Source of the DNA: Takakia lepidozioides
Lineage: Eukaryota > Plantae > Bryophyta
Length of the DNA stretch: 64,000 bases
NCBI GenBank assembly: GCA_030704615.1
Contig: CM060731.1
Span: 84,134,001-84,198,000, forward strand
Direction of reading: 5' to 3'
Position numbers and translations under genes: made by a program. The notes beneath the pieces are model-generated. The model did not search any database. It saw nothing but the letters and a program-made list of their open reading frames with translations, and was not told where the DNA came from. Positions 49,811 to 62,800 of this stretch are shown here, one piece after another. The stretch's first letter is position 1. Each line of letters starts with the position of its first letter.

Positions 49811-52800
49811 TGTTGAGTATTTTAGTCAAAGAAGATCGACGACGTCTAGATCTGTAATGGTCGAACAGATCAGATCAATGGCTCCACTCAATATGTGAAG
49901 TAGGCTAATTTAGTGTCCAGACCACTCCGCCAGTCGCCATTAGTTAATCATGAAAAGAGTAGTCTTCCTTGCTCTCTCTGATACTTAGGACTAGTATATT
50001 ATGCTTGCTTCGGGTTTAATGAAGTAGACTTCGGACATCTCATTTCTCCTTCACGATTCCTAACATGGTATCAGAACGGGTTAGTTGATAGGGTCTCTTA
50101 GAAGCTGACACTGTCAGTAGAACTCTTAGTAGTATTCTAAGTTTCTTTGAGTCAATATGGCCCATGGGGAGAGCAGCATGTCTGAGAGCTCCAAACTGGG
50201 AGGATAGTCCAATTATAGCACGTGGAAATTCTGTGTATCCAGATTGCTATAGAGAGATGAGCTCATAGATATAGTTGAGCCAAATGCCGATGGAATCTTT
50301 ATGCCGATTGAGGAAGAATTCCAGGCTGACCAGGATCAGAGGAAGAAGAAGGCTCTAGCGATTATTAGCCTATCCGTGAAAGATGAAATCCTGCCGCATA
50401 TTGCTAGGATCACTGATCTAGCGCAGATGTGGCAAACTTTGAAGGACCTGTTTGAACAACGAAGTAGTGCGCGACGTCTGTTACTTAAGATCAAGTTCAC
50501 AAATCTTCGATTGGAGGAAGGAGGTTCAATTGCCAATTACTTCAAGCAGCTGAAGGACCTCATCAACCAGCTAGCTAACATTGGTGACGTGGTGCGAGAG
50601 GATGAACTCGTTGAGCAAATTCTTGTTACACTTCCCGAAAGCTATGAATCACTTGCCAACGCGCTGATCTACCGTGCTGAACTTCCCACTCTTAGCAAGC
50701 TAACTGGCATTTTACTACACGATGAGGCTAAGAAGGAAATCCGAGGGAAGAAAACAGAGGACGAGGCTCTGTTCATCAAATCCAAATTCAACAAGGCCAA
50801 GGTCTATGACAAGAATCGTAAGGGTGGTGGAGCAAAACAGGAGGGAAGCTGCAATTTTTGTGGCAATCCAAACCACTGGATGCGCACATGAGTTGAACTT
50901 TCAAATGAAATCAAACGCCGAGCAACAGAGCGTGAACGTAAGGTGAACAGTGTTAATCTTGTGGAGGAAGGGAGCGATGAAGAAATCGACAATTTCCATG
51001 AATGCAACGATGCACCAAGAGAACTAGCTGCAGACATCTTGGAACTGAATTTGGCTGAATACGACAAATCCAACTGGTACGTGGATAGCGGCGCTACCAA
51101 GCATGTCACTCGCAATGAGAATTTGCTTAGTGATGTCAAGAAAGGAGATGAAAATATCAAGTTCAAAACCGCTGGAGGAAACTCTCACGATGTTGCTGGA
51201 GTGGGCAACATTACTCTCTCTCTCAAAAATACTGCAATAAAAGAAGAAGTTTTGTACGTTCCGGGTGTATCAAAGAATTTATTGTCTGTCGGTACATTAG
51301 CAGATAAGGGATTCCAACTTCTTTTCAACAATCAGCATGTCTATCTCTTGAATGCTTCATTCAAAGTTCTAACCAAAGGGACTCGAGATCAATCAAACGG
51401 TTTGTACAAACTGACTGTGTCTAGGGGATTCTTCTTGGGATCAGTGACTAACACAATCAATCTCAGTAGAATCTGGCATCTTAGGTTTGGGCATTTAAAT
51501 CACAAAAGCTTACATCTGATGCATGAAAAGGGTCTCGTCACCAGTCCACCAAAGATTTCTCTTGCCGACTCAGCATGTTAGGCTTGTGCACTAGGTAAGC
51601 AGAGTCGTCAGAAAGCTCCAAGGAAGAGTTTACACCGTAAAGTCCAACCTTTTGAACTGATCCATACAGATTTGTGTGGACCATTTTCTGTCAAATCTTT
51701 GTCTGGGGCTTACTACGTTTTGACCTTTATCGATGACTATGGTCACTTTGGCTGGGTCTACTTTCTTTGGAAGAAAAGTGAGACACTCACTCATTTCCAG
51801 CATTTTCATGCGAAGGTCTTGAGACAATTTAACATGTCAGTCAAAGTCTTACGATCAGATAAAGGAGGGGAATACAGTTCTCTCTTATTCTCTAGTTTTT
51901 GCAAAGAACACGGCATTGATAGGCAGTTCACGCAAACTAACACACCGCATCAGAACGGTGTAGCCGAGCGTAGAAACAGAACCTTGTTAGAAAAGGCAAG
52001 AAGTCTAGCCTTCGGTGCTAATTTCCCAGCTGCTCTTTGGGCCGAGGCCATCAACACTGCAAATTATCTAACAAATATATCTCCTACCAGGGCAAATGAT
52101 GATGTCACTCCCTATCAAAAAATTATACGGACAGGTCCCTGATGTCAAACATCTTAGAGTCAGAAGTTGTGAATGTTTTGTTCACGTTAACACTCAGAAG
52201 TCCAAATGGTCACCAAAGTCCAGGAGCTGTGCACTGCTAGGATACGATACATCCACGAAGGGCTATAGATATTTCTGTCCAGAGTTGAACAAAATTACAG
52301 TGTCAAAAGATGTCATTTTTTCTGAAGATCACATGAGCTTCATGCTGGTTACAACCAGAACAACGATTGAGGACCCTGCAACAACTGTATTCTGCCATCT
52401 CCAGAGACTCGAATACTACCGGACCAACCAGCAGAACAACAAGTTGACGTACCCTATTTCGACCAAGGCGCTGAAACTCCTCAAAATATCACTGAACATT
52501 CAACACATGCTGAATCTACGAGCAGTGATGATCAACATGCCTAGGTGACAGTGAAAGCTCACCTTGTCATTCAATCAATGTTTCAGGCTCTTTTGCTAAT
52601 CAGTCTGAACAAGGTCATTTGGAGGAGGTGATGCCTGTAGAGCCTGAAATTCACACTCGTGTTGGCCGCCTTGTCAGGCCACCCAAGCGGTTCAATGATT
52701 TTGTTATGGGGTTGTCTGAATCCACAATTACTGAACCTACGAGTTTTTCTGAAGCTTCCCAGATACCCGGATGGGTTGAAACTATGGAACATGAGATTAG

Positions 52801-54047
52801 TTCCATACATAAGAACAAAACTTGGGTACTAGAGGATTTGCCCCCTGGTCGAAAACCAATCACAACTAAATGGATTTACAAGTTGAAAACCAATGCGGAT
52901 GGCACCACATCAAAACTGAAAGCGCGCTTGGTTGCTCATGGATTTCAACAGCGCGAAGGGGAGGACTTTGAGGAAACCTATGCCCCAGTTGCCAAATATA
53001 ATACTTTGCGTGCCATCACTGCACTAGCTGGTCACAATGGATGGTCGATCTACCATCTTAACGTGAAGACTGCCTTTCTAAATGGCGAACTCTCTGAGGA
53101 AGTTTTTGTACAACAACCAGAAGGGTTTGAAGAAAAAAGGTAAAGAGAGCAAAGTATGCAGATTACACAAAGCATTGTATGGATTGCGCCAAGCACCTCG
53201 TGCCTGGTATACTAAGATCGATGAATACTTGCAAAAGCAAGGATTGGAGAAAGGCATCGCTGATGGCAACGTGTATTCACGAAGGTGACAAGGTGGTTCT
53301 TTTAATTCTTTATGTCGATGATGTTTATCTCACTGGTAACCACGCTACTAAGCTCCAGTGGATTAGAACAGAAATTCAGAAGAGATTTGAGATGACAGAT
53401 TTGGGTTTGCTAAGTCATTCATTAGGGCTGGAGTATTTTTTTTTCGGTCAGAGGGTATTACTGTTACGCAGAGAGGATACAGAGCACAGATGTTGAAAGA
53501 ATTTGGGTTTGCTAACTGCAACGCTACAGCTGTATCTATGCTACAAGGACTTAAACTCATGCCAAACATGGGGGCTTCCGCAGTCGATGCACAAATGTAC
53601 CAACAAATGATAGGGAAATTGAATTTCCTGACACAAATCCGACCAGACATTTTTTTTACAGTAAATATGGTGAGTAGGTTCTCGAACCAACCCCAAACTC
53701 CACATCTGGATGTTGTGAAGCACTTGTTTAGGTATATCAAAGGTACGGTGGACTTTGGTATTTGTTATCGTCGAGGGGAGGAAAGCGTACTCGCTGGCTA
53801 TTCAGATGCCGACTGGGCTGGAGACATTCACGATCGCAAATCAACAACAGGTTACCTGTTTTGTTTGGGATCGAGTCCAATCACATGGGGTAGCAGAAAA
53901 CAGCCATGCACAGCTCTTTCATCCACAGAAGCCGAATATATGGCCATGACGAGTGGAGCAAAAGAGGCTGTGTGGCTGAGGAGATTGTTTGGAGAAATTC
54001 AAGCAATCGACGAACAAGAACCAACGAAAATGATGGTCGACAATCAA
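49811..54047 (+). mobile_element. Ty1/Copia LTR retrotransposon, broken within RNase H
   Basis: 5' LTR 49811-50065 (TGTTG...TAACA); PBS TGGTATCAGA (iMet type) at 50066; gag, WYVDSGATKH protease, integrase (LRSDKGGEY, QNGVAERRNRTL), RT (KARLVAHGF, LYVDD) and RNase H (GYSDADWAG, SSTEAEY) ending at DNQ. Many lesions. Confidence 0.95.
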
Positions 54048-54460
54048 CGACGCAACCGCGTGAGCCTCGCGCGTGAGCGTGTGAGCGTACGCTCACACAC
54101 TGGTGACGTGACATGAGCGTACGCTCACACCAGGTGACATGGCGTGAGCGTGATGCCAGCAGGTTGCCATGGTGTCGAATGTTGACGTGGCGCCATGTCA
54201 GCATCCGCCACGTCAACCGAAACATACGGCGCCTATACCAGAGGGTCCTATGACCGTGGGATGAACTTAGGGAACATGAAACCAAAATACCATCAAGAAT
54301 ACCATCAAAATACCCGAAATGGGAAATACGCCTAAACTGTGGCATCCATTCCACAACAATTTGCAATTACAATGAGGACAAAATAACCTCATAAGGCTCC
54401 ATTGAGGCTAACCCAGGATGACCCTGCTTCCTCCCAAAATAACGAAGAGAAGAGGGATCA
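54048..54460. mobile_element. Family-A Mutator-like terminus inserted in Copia RNase H
   Basis: CGACGCAACCGCGTGAGC...GTCCTATGACCGTGG...GCAATTACAA...AAATAAC aligns with 10308-10690. Confidence 0.8.
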
Positions 54461-54472
54461 CGGTATCAAATA

Positions 54473-54685
54473 GAAGCCTGCAGTACATATACTAGTCCTA
54501 AGTATCAGAGAGAGCAGGGAAGCACTACTTTTTTCATGATTAACTAGTGGCGACTGGCGGAGTGGTCTGGACACTAAATTAGCCTACTTCACATATTGAG
54601 TGGAGCCATTGATCTGATCTGTTCGACCGTTACAGATCTAGACGTTGTCGATCTTCTTTGACTAACATACTCAACACCTCCCCTC
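54473..54685 (-). repeat. Inverted partial Copia 3' LTR with its PPT
   Basis: 54473-54676 is the near-identical reverse complement of 49811 to ~50011. The PPT GAGGGGAGG lies on the minus strand at 54677-54685. Confidence 0.92.
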
Positions 54686-56027
54686 GAACTTGGAAGCTAT
54701 TCATCTTTCCAAGAGAGTATATGAAAAAAAAATGTCATTCTAGTTTAGACTACATGCTCTAATTATTGGCAGAATTCGAGTAGTCAATTGTGTAATAACA
54801 TGAAGCCCTTCAAATGTATTTACTGTCATAAAGTATATAGAGATAAGAAAAAACTTAACATTCACAGGATAAATGGCTGTGATGTTGTTGGGGAGGGTGG
54901 GCCTAAACTTGAAATGTACCCTGTGTTTGAAGCAAGGTAGAGGTTGATCTGGAGACAGTTCTGAGGGAGCATGGTCTCATGCCTCCTGCAAAACAAAGAC
55001 AGCGGAGAAGACGACATTCCACGACAACAGGTGAAGCAGAGGAAGGCCTTGCGTATGCCCACACACTCAGAGAATGTTCATGCGGATATGGACTTAATCG
55101 TGTTGTCCGAAAAAGCTGACATGCCACAGTCCCCTGATCCAGCAGAATGCAAGCAAATGGTTAAGTCTGCCACTTCTGCACCTGTAAGTAGAAAGGAGGC
55201 CAGGCAAGCCTTTGTGGCAACTTCATTGATGCTCAAATCCGACATAGTGGTGCCTCCCAAACCCGCACTATCTGATGAAGTTCAAGTTGTTGTCGGACGG
55301 GTTCCCTTCTCCGGATGATCCTTCTTTCTTGGACCGACTTGTAGCACTTGTGGGGAGCTTCGAATTTTCAGATGTCATGATGGGCAATGCCTATGGTCAA
55401 TGGTGTGTTAAGCAGATGGTAATACCTCTTCTTCATGACCTGCACCCTTATTTGACACTGTTTTGTTCTCTATCATGTGTACGTGTCATGAAGTTCTTTG
55501 CATACATGAATTATTGTTCTACTCTAATGTTTCATGGGTCTGTTATGCCGGGGGAGTAGCATGTTGCACCTCCTGAGGAGAAGGCAGTCGTGCAAAAGAC
55601 ATTGGAAACATTTGCCATACGGCCTGGAGTATCTTGTGACCATGCAACTCAATACCAACAGTGCATTCATGTTGTTGCACATCACAAGTACAGTACCGCA
55701 CTGATGGATTCTAAATTGAAGCTTATTGTAGCTCAATCTGAATTAGAGAGTCGTAGAACTGCGTTCGTCGATGAGGCTATGGCAAAATGGGATGAGCGTG
55801 TACATGATGAAAAACAGGAGGTTAAATGGGGCTGGTCCCAAATTATCAAGGGGGTGACATCCCAAAGGTGTAGGATAACATGTTTACACATTTAGAGGAT
55901 GAAGCTGACAAATTGATGGACATTCTGGCGGAGGGTCGGAGAACCTCTCAATGTCCCAAGACTCCCCTAATTGTACGGGTCTTCCGTCTCATTTGGATGA
56001 ATCGAGTTGACAAGACCACTCCCCTTT

Positions 56028-56292
56028 CAACACGCCAATACTGGGGGTTGGTTCATTTTTCTAAAAATGAACAAAAAAGCGATTGCCAATGCTGACAGTC
56101 GTTTCATTTTTCCAAATAAAAAAAACGACCGCCAATACTGGCGGTCGCTTCGTTTTTTTTATAAAAAAAAACGACCGCCAATATTGGCAGTCGCTTCAAT
56201 TTTCTTAAAAAGAAAAGAAAAAACGACCGCCAATACTGTTGGTCGCTTCATTTAAAATTTAAAGATAAAATAAAATAAAACGACCGCCAGGC
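56028..56292. repeat. Array of 22-bp palindromes CGACCGCCA-ATA(C/T)-TGGCGGTCG with A/T-tract spacers
   Basis: Copies near 56028 (degenerate), 56080, 56126, 56172 and 56224, with a half site at 56281. Spacing is ~46-57 bp. Confidence 0.85.
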
Positions 56293-56864
56293 CACCGGGT
56301 TTGAACCCCGGACCTGTCGAGAGGCGCCTCGCCACGTGGCGAGGCGCGACAGGTCCAAAAATTCCACACACGGACAGAGGCAGGTCAGCGGGTTTGAACC
56401 CGCGACCTCTCGACAGGAGCGGAGAGGTGGCGAGGCGCAACTGGCCAGTCGCGCGACACGTGGCGCGACGCAATTGGCTAGTCGTCCCTCTTCATGCACA
56501 AGGCTTTTGGGGGGGGGTATATAAACCCTTCCCCCTCCCCTCTATGATCACTTTTGCTCCTCTGTGTGTGCGATTCCTTGGCTTTCTGTAGTCTTCAGAC
56601 TTCATTGTTTGGCATTGACAACGTGAGGTGCAAAGGTGTTTATTTGGGGAGGGAGAGGTTTCGTCGATTTTTTATTTGGTCGGTCCCACCAGTTCAACCC
56701 TTCTTCACCGTTTCACCGTTCTAGCATCATTTCTTCACTGTTTTACCATTTTAGGATCTCCTGTGGCCCTTTTTTTACAATATACGAAGATATCCTCCAC
56801 ACGTCCATTACCCTTTTTTCTTTTCCATCACCTGTAGTGGCAAACGGTTTATATAATGTCAGGG

Positions 56865-57600
56865 AATGCGAGCTCAAATACTGGGCCGGAGTTGTCGTCT
56901 CGAGGTCGGGGTAAAAATAGGAAAACGAAACATGCCCACGAGCGAGATAGTCAGATCAACAAGCAAGACTATCCGGGACCAGAGGCCAGGGACGTGGTAA
57001 ATAAAGTGGTAGTTGATTATTTCAAAGAAAAGGACATGATGAGGCTGCAAAGTGCTTATGTTCGACATGGATACGAGGGGTTTTGTATTTTTCTGTAGAA
57101 TATGGAGAGGAGAATGAGGGAGGCTTTGGCTAGAGATGAGTGGACGGAGGAGATGAACAAGCGGAAATTCTTACAGTGGCTCGAGAGTAGGGCGAAAGAT
57201 GCCACGTGGAATTTGAGGCAGGTAATGAAGACAGTGGTGCGTAGAACAACCGAAGGTCGGGTGCCTAGCTGGGAGAAGGACTTGTTCCAGCGTGTCGAGT
57301 GGTTGGCGGACACGGCAGGGCCCTATGTGAGACACCGGACTAGGGCAGTCCCTTGGAAGACAGGGTCATCGAGCGTGGGAGGCAGTACAGAATTTATTTA
57401 CGTCAACACAAGTGCACAGCTACTACAGCTTGACGCCTACAAAGAAGGAGGGTATGCCAGAGTTCGTAAGGTTAAAATTGTTGAGGACTCAAGAATACCG
57501 CAAAATTGGGAGCTAGCGGGAAAAACACCCAAGGACAAAAACCCGAAAGTTGCGCTCAGCCAACATAACAACGAGACTTTGGCTGTGAAGTTCCAGCATG
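56865..57600 (+). pseudogene. Truncated protein-kinase-like gene (N-lobe only)
   Basis: YKEGGYARVRKVKI...ELAGKTPK resembles the Gly-loop and the VAxK lysine. One internal stop at 57096-57098. It breaks into AT-rich sequence at 57601. A TATA-like TATATAAA lies at ~56518. Confidence 0.45.
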
Positions 57601-58543
57601 TGTTAAGTGAATTTACAGCATTGTGCTAAAATATATTTTTATGACTTTTAGAACCAATTAATGGGACGGCATGATCTATAGAGAGTATTAAAACCAATTG
57701 ATATGGGCTTTGAACTCGAGACCTACTCGCGAATATGAGGAGTGAGAATAATTTAAAAACATTCCAAAAACTTTTGTTGTGTCAGGGATTCATCCTAAAA
57801 TCTCCAAGGAGTGAATTTGGAGGAAAAACAAAGAAATTATTGGAATCCTGGAAATTAAAAGGTGCCAGCACAGAAAATTAAAGTGACCAATGAGAAGGAA
57901 GGAACCATTGGTATCTAAGAAATAGAGCGTTGTCTCTTGAAGGACAAGGATGAAAAAGGACAAGGAGGCGAAAGGGAGAGATGACTGAAGAACATGGATC
58001 AGAATAGGAATCAAGAAAATAGACTAGATGAGGGGTGGTAGTATGAGAGACTATGATCTGAAACTATGAAGAAGGCTTATTTACATAAAGGAAATAAATA
58101 GTAGCATAGGAAATAGGAAAGCGATGAAGAACTATAATATTTGTGATCATTTTCCATATTATAAAAAAATCAGTTTTCCATTCCCTTCGTTTTGTGACAT
58201 AAATAAATAATTATGTAGCATATACAATTCAGAAATGGAGGGAAAATATGGACAAACATTGGTGCGTATGCCGGGAGCAAACTTTTGTCTGCTCTCGTAA
58301 GTTGAGTTTAAAGCTTTTTCTGATCTAGCTGAAAAGGATCAGGGTTATATTGCTCGAGTGAAAATAATAATAATAATAATGGAAACTCAAAATATATCTA
58401 TTTTATTTATTTAAATGTGATATGTATTCTGGAGCTGACTATAAATGCTCTAAAGGATTTAAAAGATACCATAGCAGTTTCGGATTTCACAATGACAAGG
58501 AATCACTTAAACAACACAATTTTGGTGTCCAAAGATTTAAATT

Positions 58544-58993
58544 ATGAATCTGTTGCAAGAAGTCCCACATTCATGGAAGTTACTTTTTGATGGGGCTGCT
58601 CGTAATAATCCAAGCCATGCAGCAATTGGTGTGGTTTTAATTGATCCGTTCGGTCTAATATATAAGCAATTAGCTGAGTATATTGGTTTCCCAATTTCTA
58701 ATAATGTGGCAGAATATAAAGCTCTCATAAGGGGTTTGGAGGAAACGAAGCTTCATGGCATTTCTAGTGTTGAAATTAATACAGACTCTGAATTGGTCTA
58801 GTGTCAAATCACTAGAGAGTATTATATTTATGATAGGAAACTTTGTCAATTGAATGAAGAAGTCCAGAAGTTGTTAAAATTATTTGACTCTGTCACAATA
58901 AAATGTATTCCAAGGGAGGAAAATCACCTAGCAGACTCATTAGCAAACATAGCTTTGAATGCTAGAGTGGGGTTAGAAAGAGTGTTACATTGA
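58544..58993 (+). pseudogene. Stand-alone RNase HI domain (archaeal/plant-type)
   Basis: WKLLFDGAARNNP, SNNVAEYKALIRGLE, INTDSELV and IPREENHLADSLAN, with all D-E-D-D residues present. One in-frame TAG at 58799-58801. Confidence 0.88.
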
Positions 58994-59044
58994 ATTCAGA
59001 CCACTGAATTATTGAGCGTCATGCCCAATGCAATCTCTTTAAAC

Positions 59045-59160
59045 CGAGGTTTATTATTTCATGAGCAGAAACCATGAGCCATGAGCCATGAGCCGCATGA
59101 GCGGTGAGCCGAAGTCTAAGATATGCGGATTTCATGAGCGGACTCCTCCAAATTTGGAAA
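59045..59160. mobile_element. Family-B Mutator-like terminus
   Basis: CGAGGTT..ATTTCATGAGC with tandem CATGAGC motifs, homologous to 35434-35530 and located 3' of the transposase. Confidence 0.75.
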
Positions 59161-59889
59161 TGCGGCAGATTAAACAAGTATTAAAATAATAGTTTTTTAA
59201 TTTGACCTTGCCGTTTTTGGACGTTCCAGATCATGTAATGCGGCGAAGATATGTCGTCAGTAACAAGTCCGCTCATGGTTTTTTAGATCCGCTCATGGAA
59301 ATAAGTGACCGTGCAACGGGAAATCCAGTATACCACTGCAAAAGGACGTCGCATACTGGCCTGTATAGAGTATTCCGCGGTTTTACATGCCTTAACATTG
59401 GAATGAAGCTGATCCTTTTGCCGCGATTGAACCAATGGAGTCTGCACCAATAGAGTCTGCAGTACTTCACAATTCTGTCTTCTTCGGGTATTCGGCGGGA
59501 AAGGTTTGCAACTGAACTGGGAAATAAGGTGCCGCATTAGGGTTGGCACGTGCGAAATTTCGGAGCGGTTTGGTGTTGGCGAAGGCCGCCTCTACCAGTA
59601 CCTACGACGATACTTGGAAATGCGGCGCCGCATTTCCTTGTCGGAGGTCGAATGAGGAAAGCAAGTTTTCGGAAAGCAGAAAAAACATGAACCCTCCAAC
59701 ATACAAAAATACATGCACGTGGAAACAAGTGAACGATATAGTAATATCTTAGTTCGAGCAAAACAGGTTACTGGTAGGCAAGACATATGTCGGACCTTTC
59801 TGTGGCCAGAGTCTGTGGTACTGGCAGTAGTACAGTTCTACTATCCGAAAAGGATGGGCGTACCATTGTATTGGGACCGCAAGCCAAGC

Positions 59890-62800
59890 TCACTGGTCCC
59901 CTGGATCCATATTCAGAAGAGTGTGAACCTCCTGGGGGCTCAACCCTGGTGCATGTATGAAGTGATGAGTTGTGGAATTACAACGGAGTCTCTTCAGGTA
60001 CACGTAGTACAAATGCTTGCAAGGGCAGTATGATGCCCCCTTGTTCGCCATGATCTGGAAGTCGGTGCAAGTGCAGGTGGGTAATTCTGAAATGGTGATG
60101 GTGTATACCTCATTGCGAACAGCTGAGCCTGTCGTGGCCATCTGATACACACGCCCAAATCCTGGTGGGGGCACTTCTGTCGAGCTCTGGATTGTACAGT
60201 TCATCCGAAGTGCATTCTCCATCCTTGTCTCGTTCACTTTTGAGGGAGGTCGCCGCCTCTTCGATTTCCCCCAACGGTGTGTAGGATGCTTAGAGCTGTC
60301 GTGTCCCATTGTTCTTGCTCTCACAGGGGTCGATGGTGGAGGCTGTGGAAGCAGAAATGGTTGTCTGGGGACGTCAGTGCGCTGCACCATCCGAAATCCT
60401 GTGGCGGTAAGGGCGTCGGCCTCAACCTGACTCAGATCGCAGCCTGGTTCCACCGGCCACACCGGGGGAGCCTCTGGCATTGTTTGTATGCCGTACTTGG
60501 GCTTTCCATACACGCAAGTCATAATGTTGTGCCTGCAGAACCAGAACTGGGTGGTTGTCGCCTCCGCAAACTTTGCATGGACAAATCTTCCTGTAAAAGT
60601 AGGAGCAGGGACAGCCCCATCTGGATTCCTCCTTATCATCTCTAAACAACGTTGCCGTGTATCCACATGATTTGTGGAACACCTTCCTCGAAACGACGGC
60701 TTTGTGCGAGCAATTCTCCACTGTGATGCAGACACAGTCGTCTCCACAATGGCTTGGCCATACTGCATAACAGCGGGCGGAATCTGGGGCAAGGGAGCGG
60801 TGGGAATTTCTCACACGAAATCCCCGGTTGTAGGCGACGGCGATCTGGAATTTCTTGGGCTTCCACTGCTGGAAGACACATTGTGCGGCAACATGACGGG
60901 ACCTCGAGGTGCTGTCCGAATGTTCCTGTCGGATCTCCAGGAATCCTCTTCGCACCCGGGTTCCTCTTCAATCCTCCGCCTCACAGGGCGAGTCCGGACG
61001 TCCCCCTCTAGGTGTTCACCTCTTCGGTGCAGAGGCGTCCCTTTGATCTTCTCTCACAATGCTGTCGCCCATTTCAGTGGATTCTTGGACCTTGAAGCTG
61101 TTCGTACCAACAATTCCTCCCTGTCCGGCCCAAAGCCCCATTGTTTGCCGCTCAGGAACTTGTAGTACGTGGCTTGCTGCATGATTGCTCTGTCGATGTC
61201 CTCCGTTGTGGCCGTCACTACGTCCACCAGATGTGCGGCAGAAGACCCTCGCCAGGAGGAGTGGACCGATTCTGCCATATTCGTGTTCGGCATGTCCGTG
61301 TCGGAATCCAAGCACCGCTCCTAGAAGGACACAGACAATGGTGAGGGACCAATCGAAATGTCCGTAACAGAAAGACAAATGAACGAAAATGACAGCAGCC
61401 TACCTCCCGCATGTACTGTCCGAACTGTCGATACCGAAAATGCCACCACCCCAACCAGCTGTGCAATGCTCCCAGATTGGTTGTCTCCACTACACCTGAC
61501 GTGTTCCACCAAGCCTCGATGATAGCAAACTTAACCTCCGCGTCATCAAATGTGGGTGCATCCTTCCACGCCGTACAAAGGACACGGTGTTCAGCCTGGA
61601 ATGAGCTAGCAACAAATTTGGAAGTGTAGTGAGATAGACTCTGCATCCAATGGAATCCACAGGATCTCTCTTTCCCCTCCATTGGAACATTGGGATCCTC
61701 ACCGTACACACGCCGCACCGCTGCCCAGTTGGCCTGAGCGTTGTCTGCCATGAATCCCCTGAAATTGGGCTCTGGCAATCCCGCCCTTGCCATCTGCTCG
61801 TTTATGCCCTCCCACATATGCATCTCGGACTGTGTGTCCTCCCCTTTCATCTCGCAGATTGCAATCGTCATGAGCCTCTTGGAGTGATAGTCATAAACAT
61901 GCGCACCCATAGTCACCCACTGATGGTTTGTAATTCGCTTGATGTGATCAAACATCACCCAAGCATTCGACAAGTTTCCAGTTGTCATGCGAGTGACCAA
62001 GTCGACTCCACTCCCAGGCCCACACGTCGACATTTTGAAAATGTAACAACGATCGGATTCGTTGCCTTGCCCTGGAAACCTGCTACCTTGGATGTAGTCA
62101 TATCCAGTCATTCGTTTCACCTCCAGGATTGAGTACATGTCCGACCCCCTGCCGAACTCCTGCTTGCAAGATACGATGTGATTCCGCACATTCGGACTAC
62201 AAATGTGCGAGACGGACTCCAAGAGGTCACGCATCTCGTCTTCGGTCAAGGGCTCTCGGTCGGAACCATCTTCAGACATGATTTTGCCAAGAGCAATCTT
62301 GTGGGCTGCCTTCAGCTGAATCTGCTTTGGTCTGGCTCCGGGGCTCAATTTCACCTCCTCTTTTATGATGTCGTGTGCTTCCTGCACAGCCTCATGCATG
62401 TTGCCTCTCGCCAAGGGGTGGCAGTGGACCCCAACGTGTATGCAAGCTCTAGTCAAGTCCGGGAGCAAATGGATTACGTAATATTGCTTGGCTCTGCACA
62501 TGGACATACACGTCGGTGGTTCTTTCCAATGTGCACACTTGAAAGAACCCGCAGGAGCTTGGTTGGAGACAATGAATGGATGATGCGTTGTGCCAGTCCA
62601 ATCCGTCTCGTTTCTCCGCCCTCCTTGGAGAGAAAGTGGAAGCAGGTGGGATTGAGGCACCTCAGCTTCCCCGCACAGAAGACATATCGTACACGAACAC
62701 CATCAGCAATTTTCGTGCTACTGGTCTTCGTCACACACCAGGGGTGTCCGTCATGCTTTCGATCCATGTCTGTTAACATCCCGGAGGCTTTGTTTGACGA

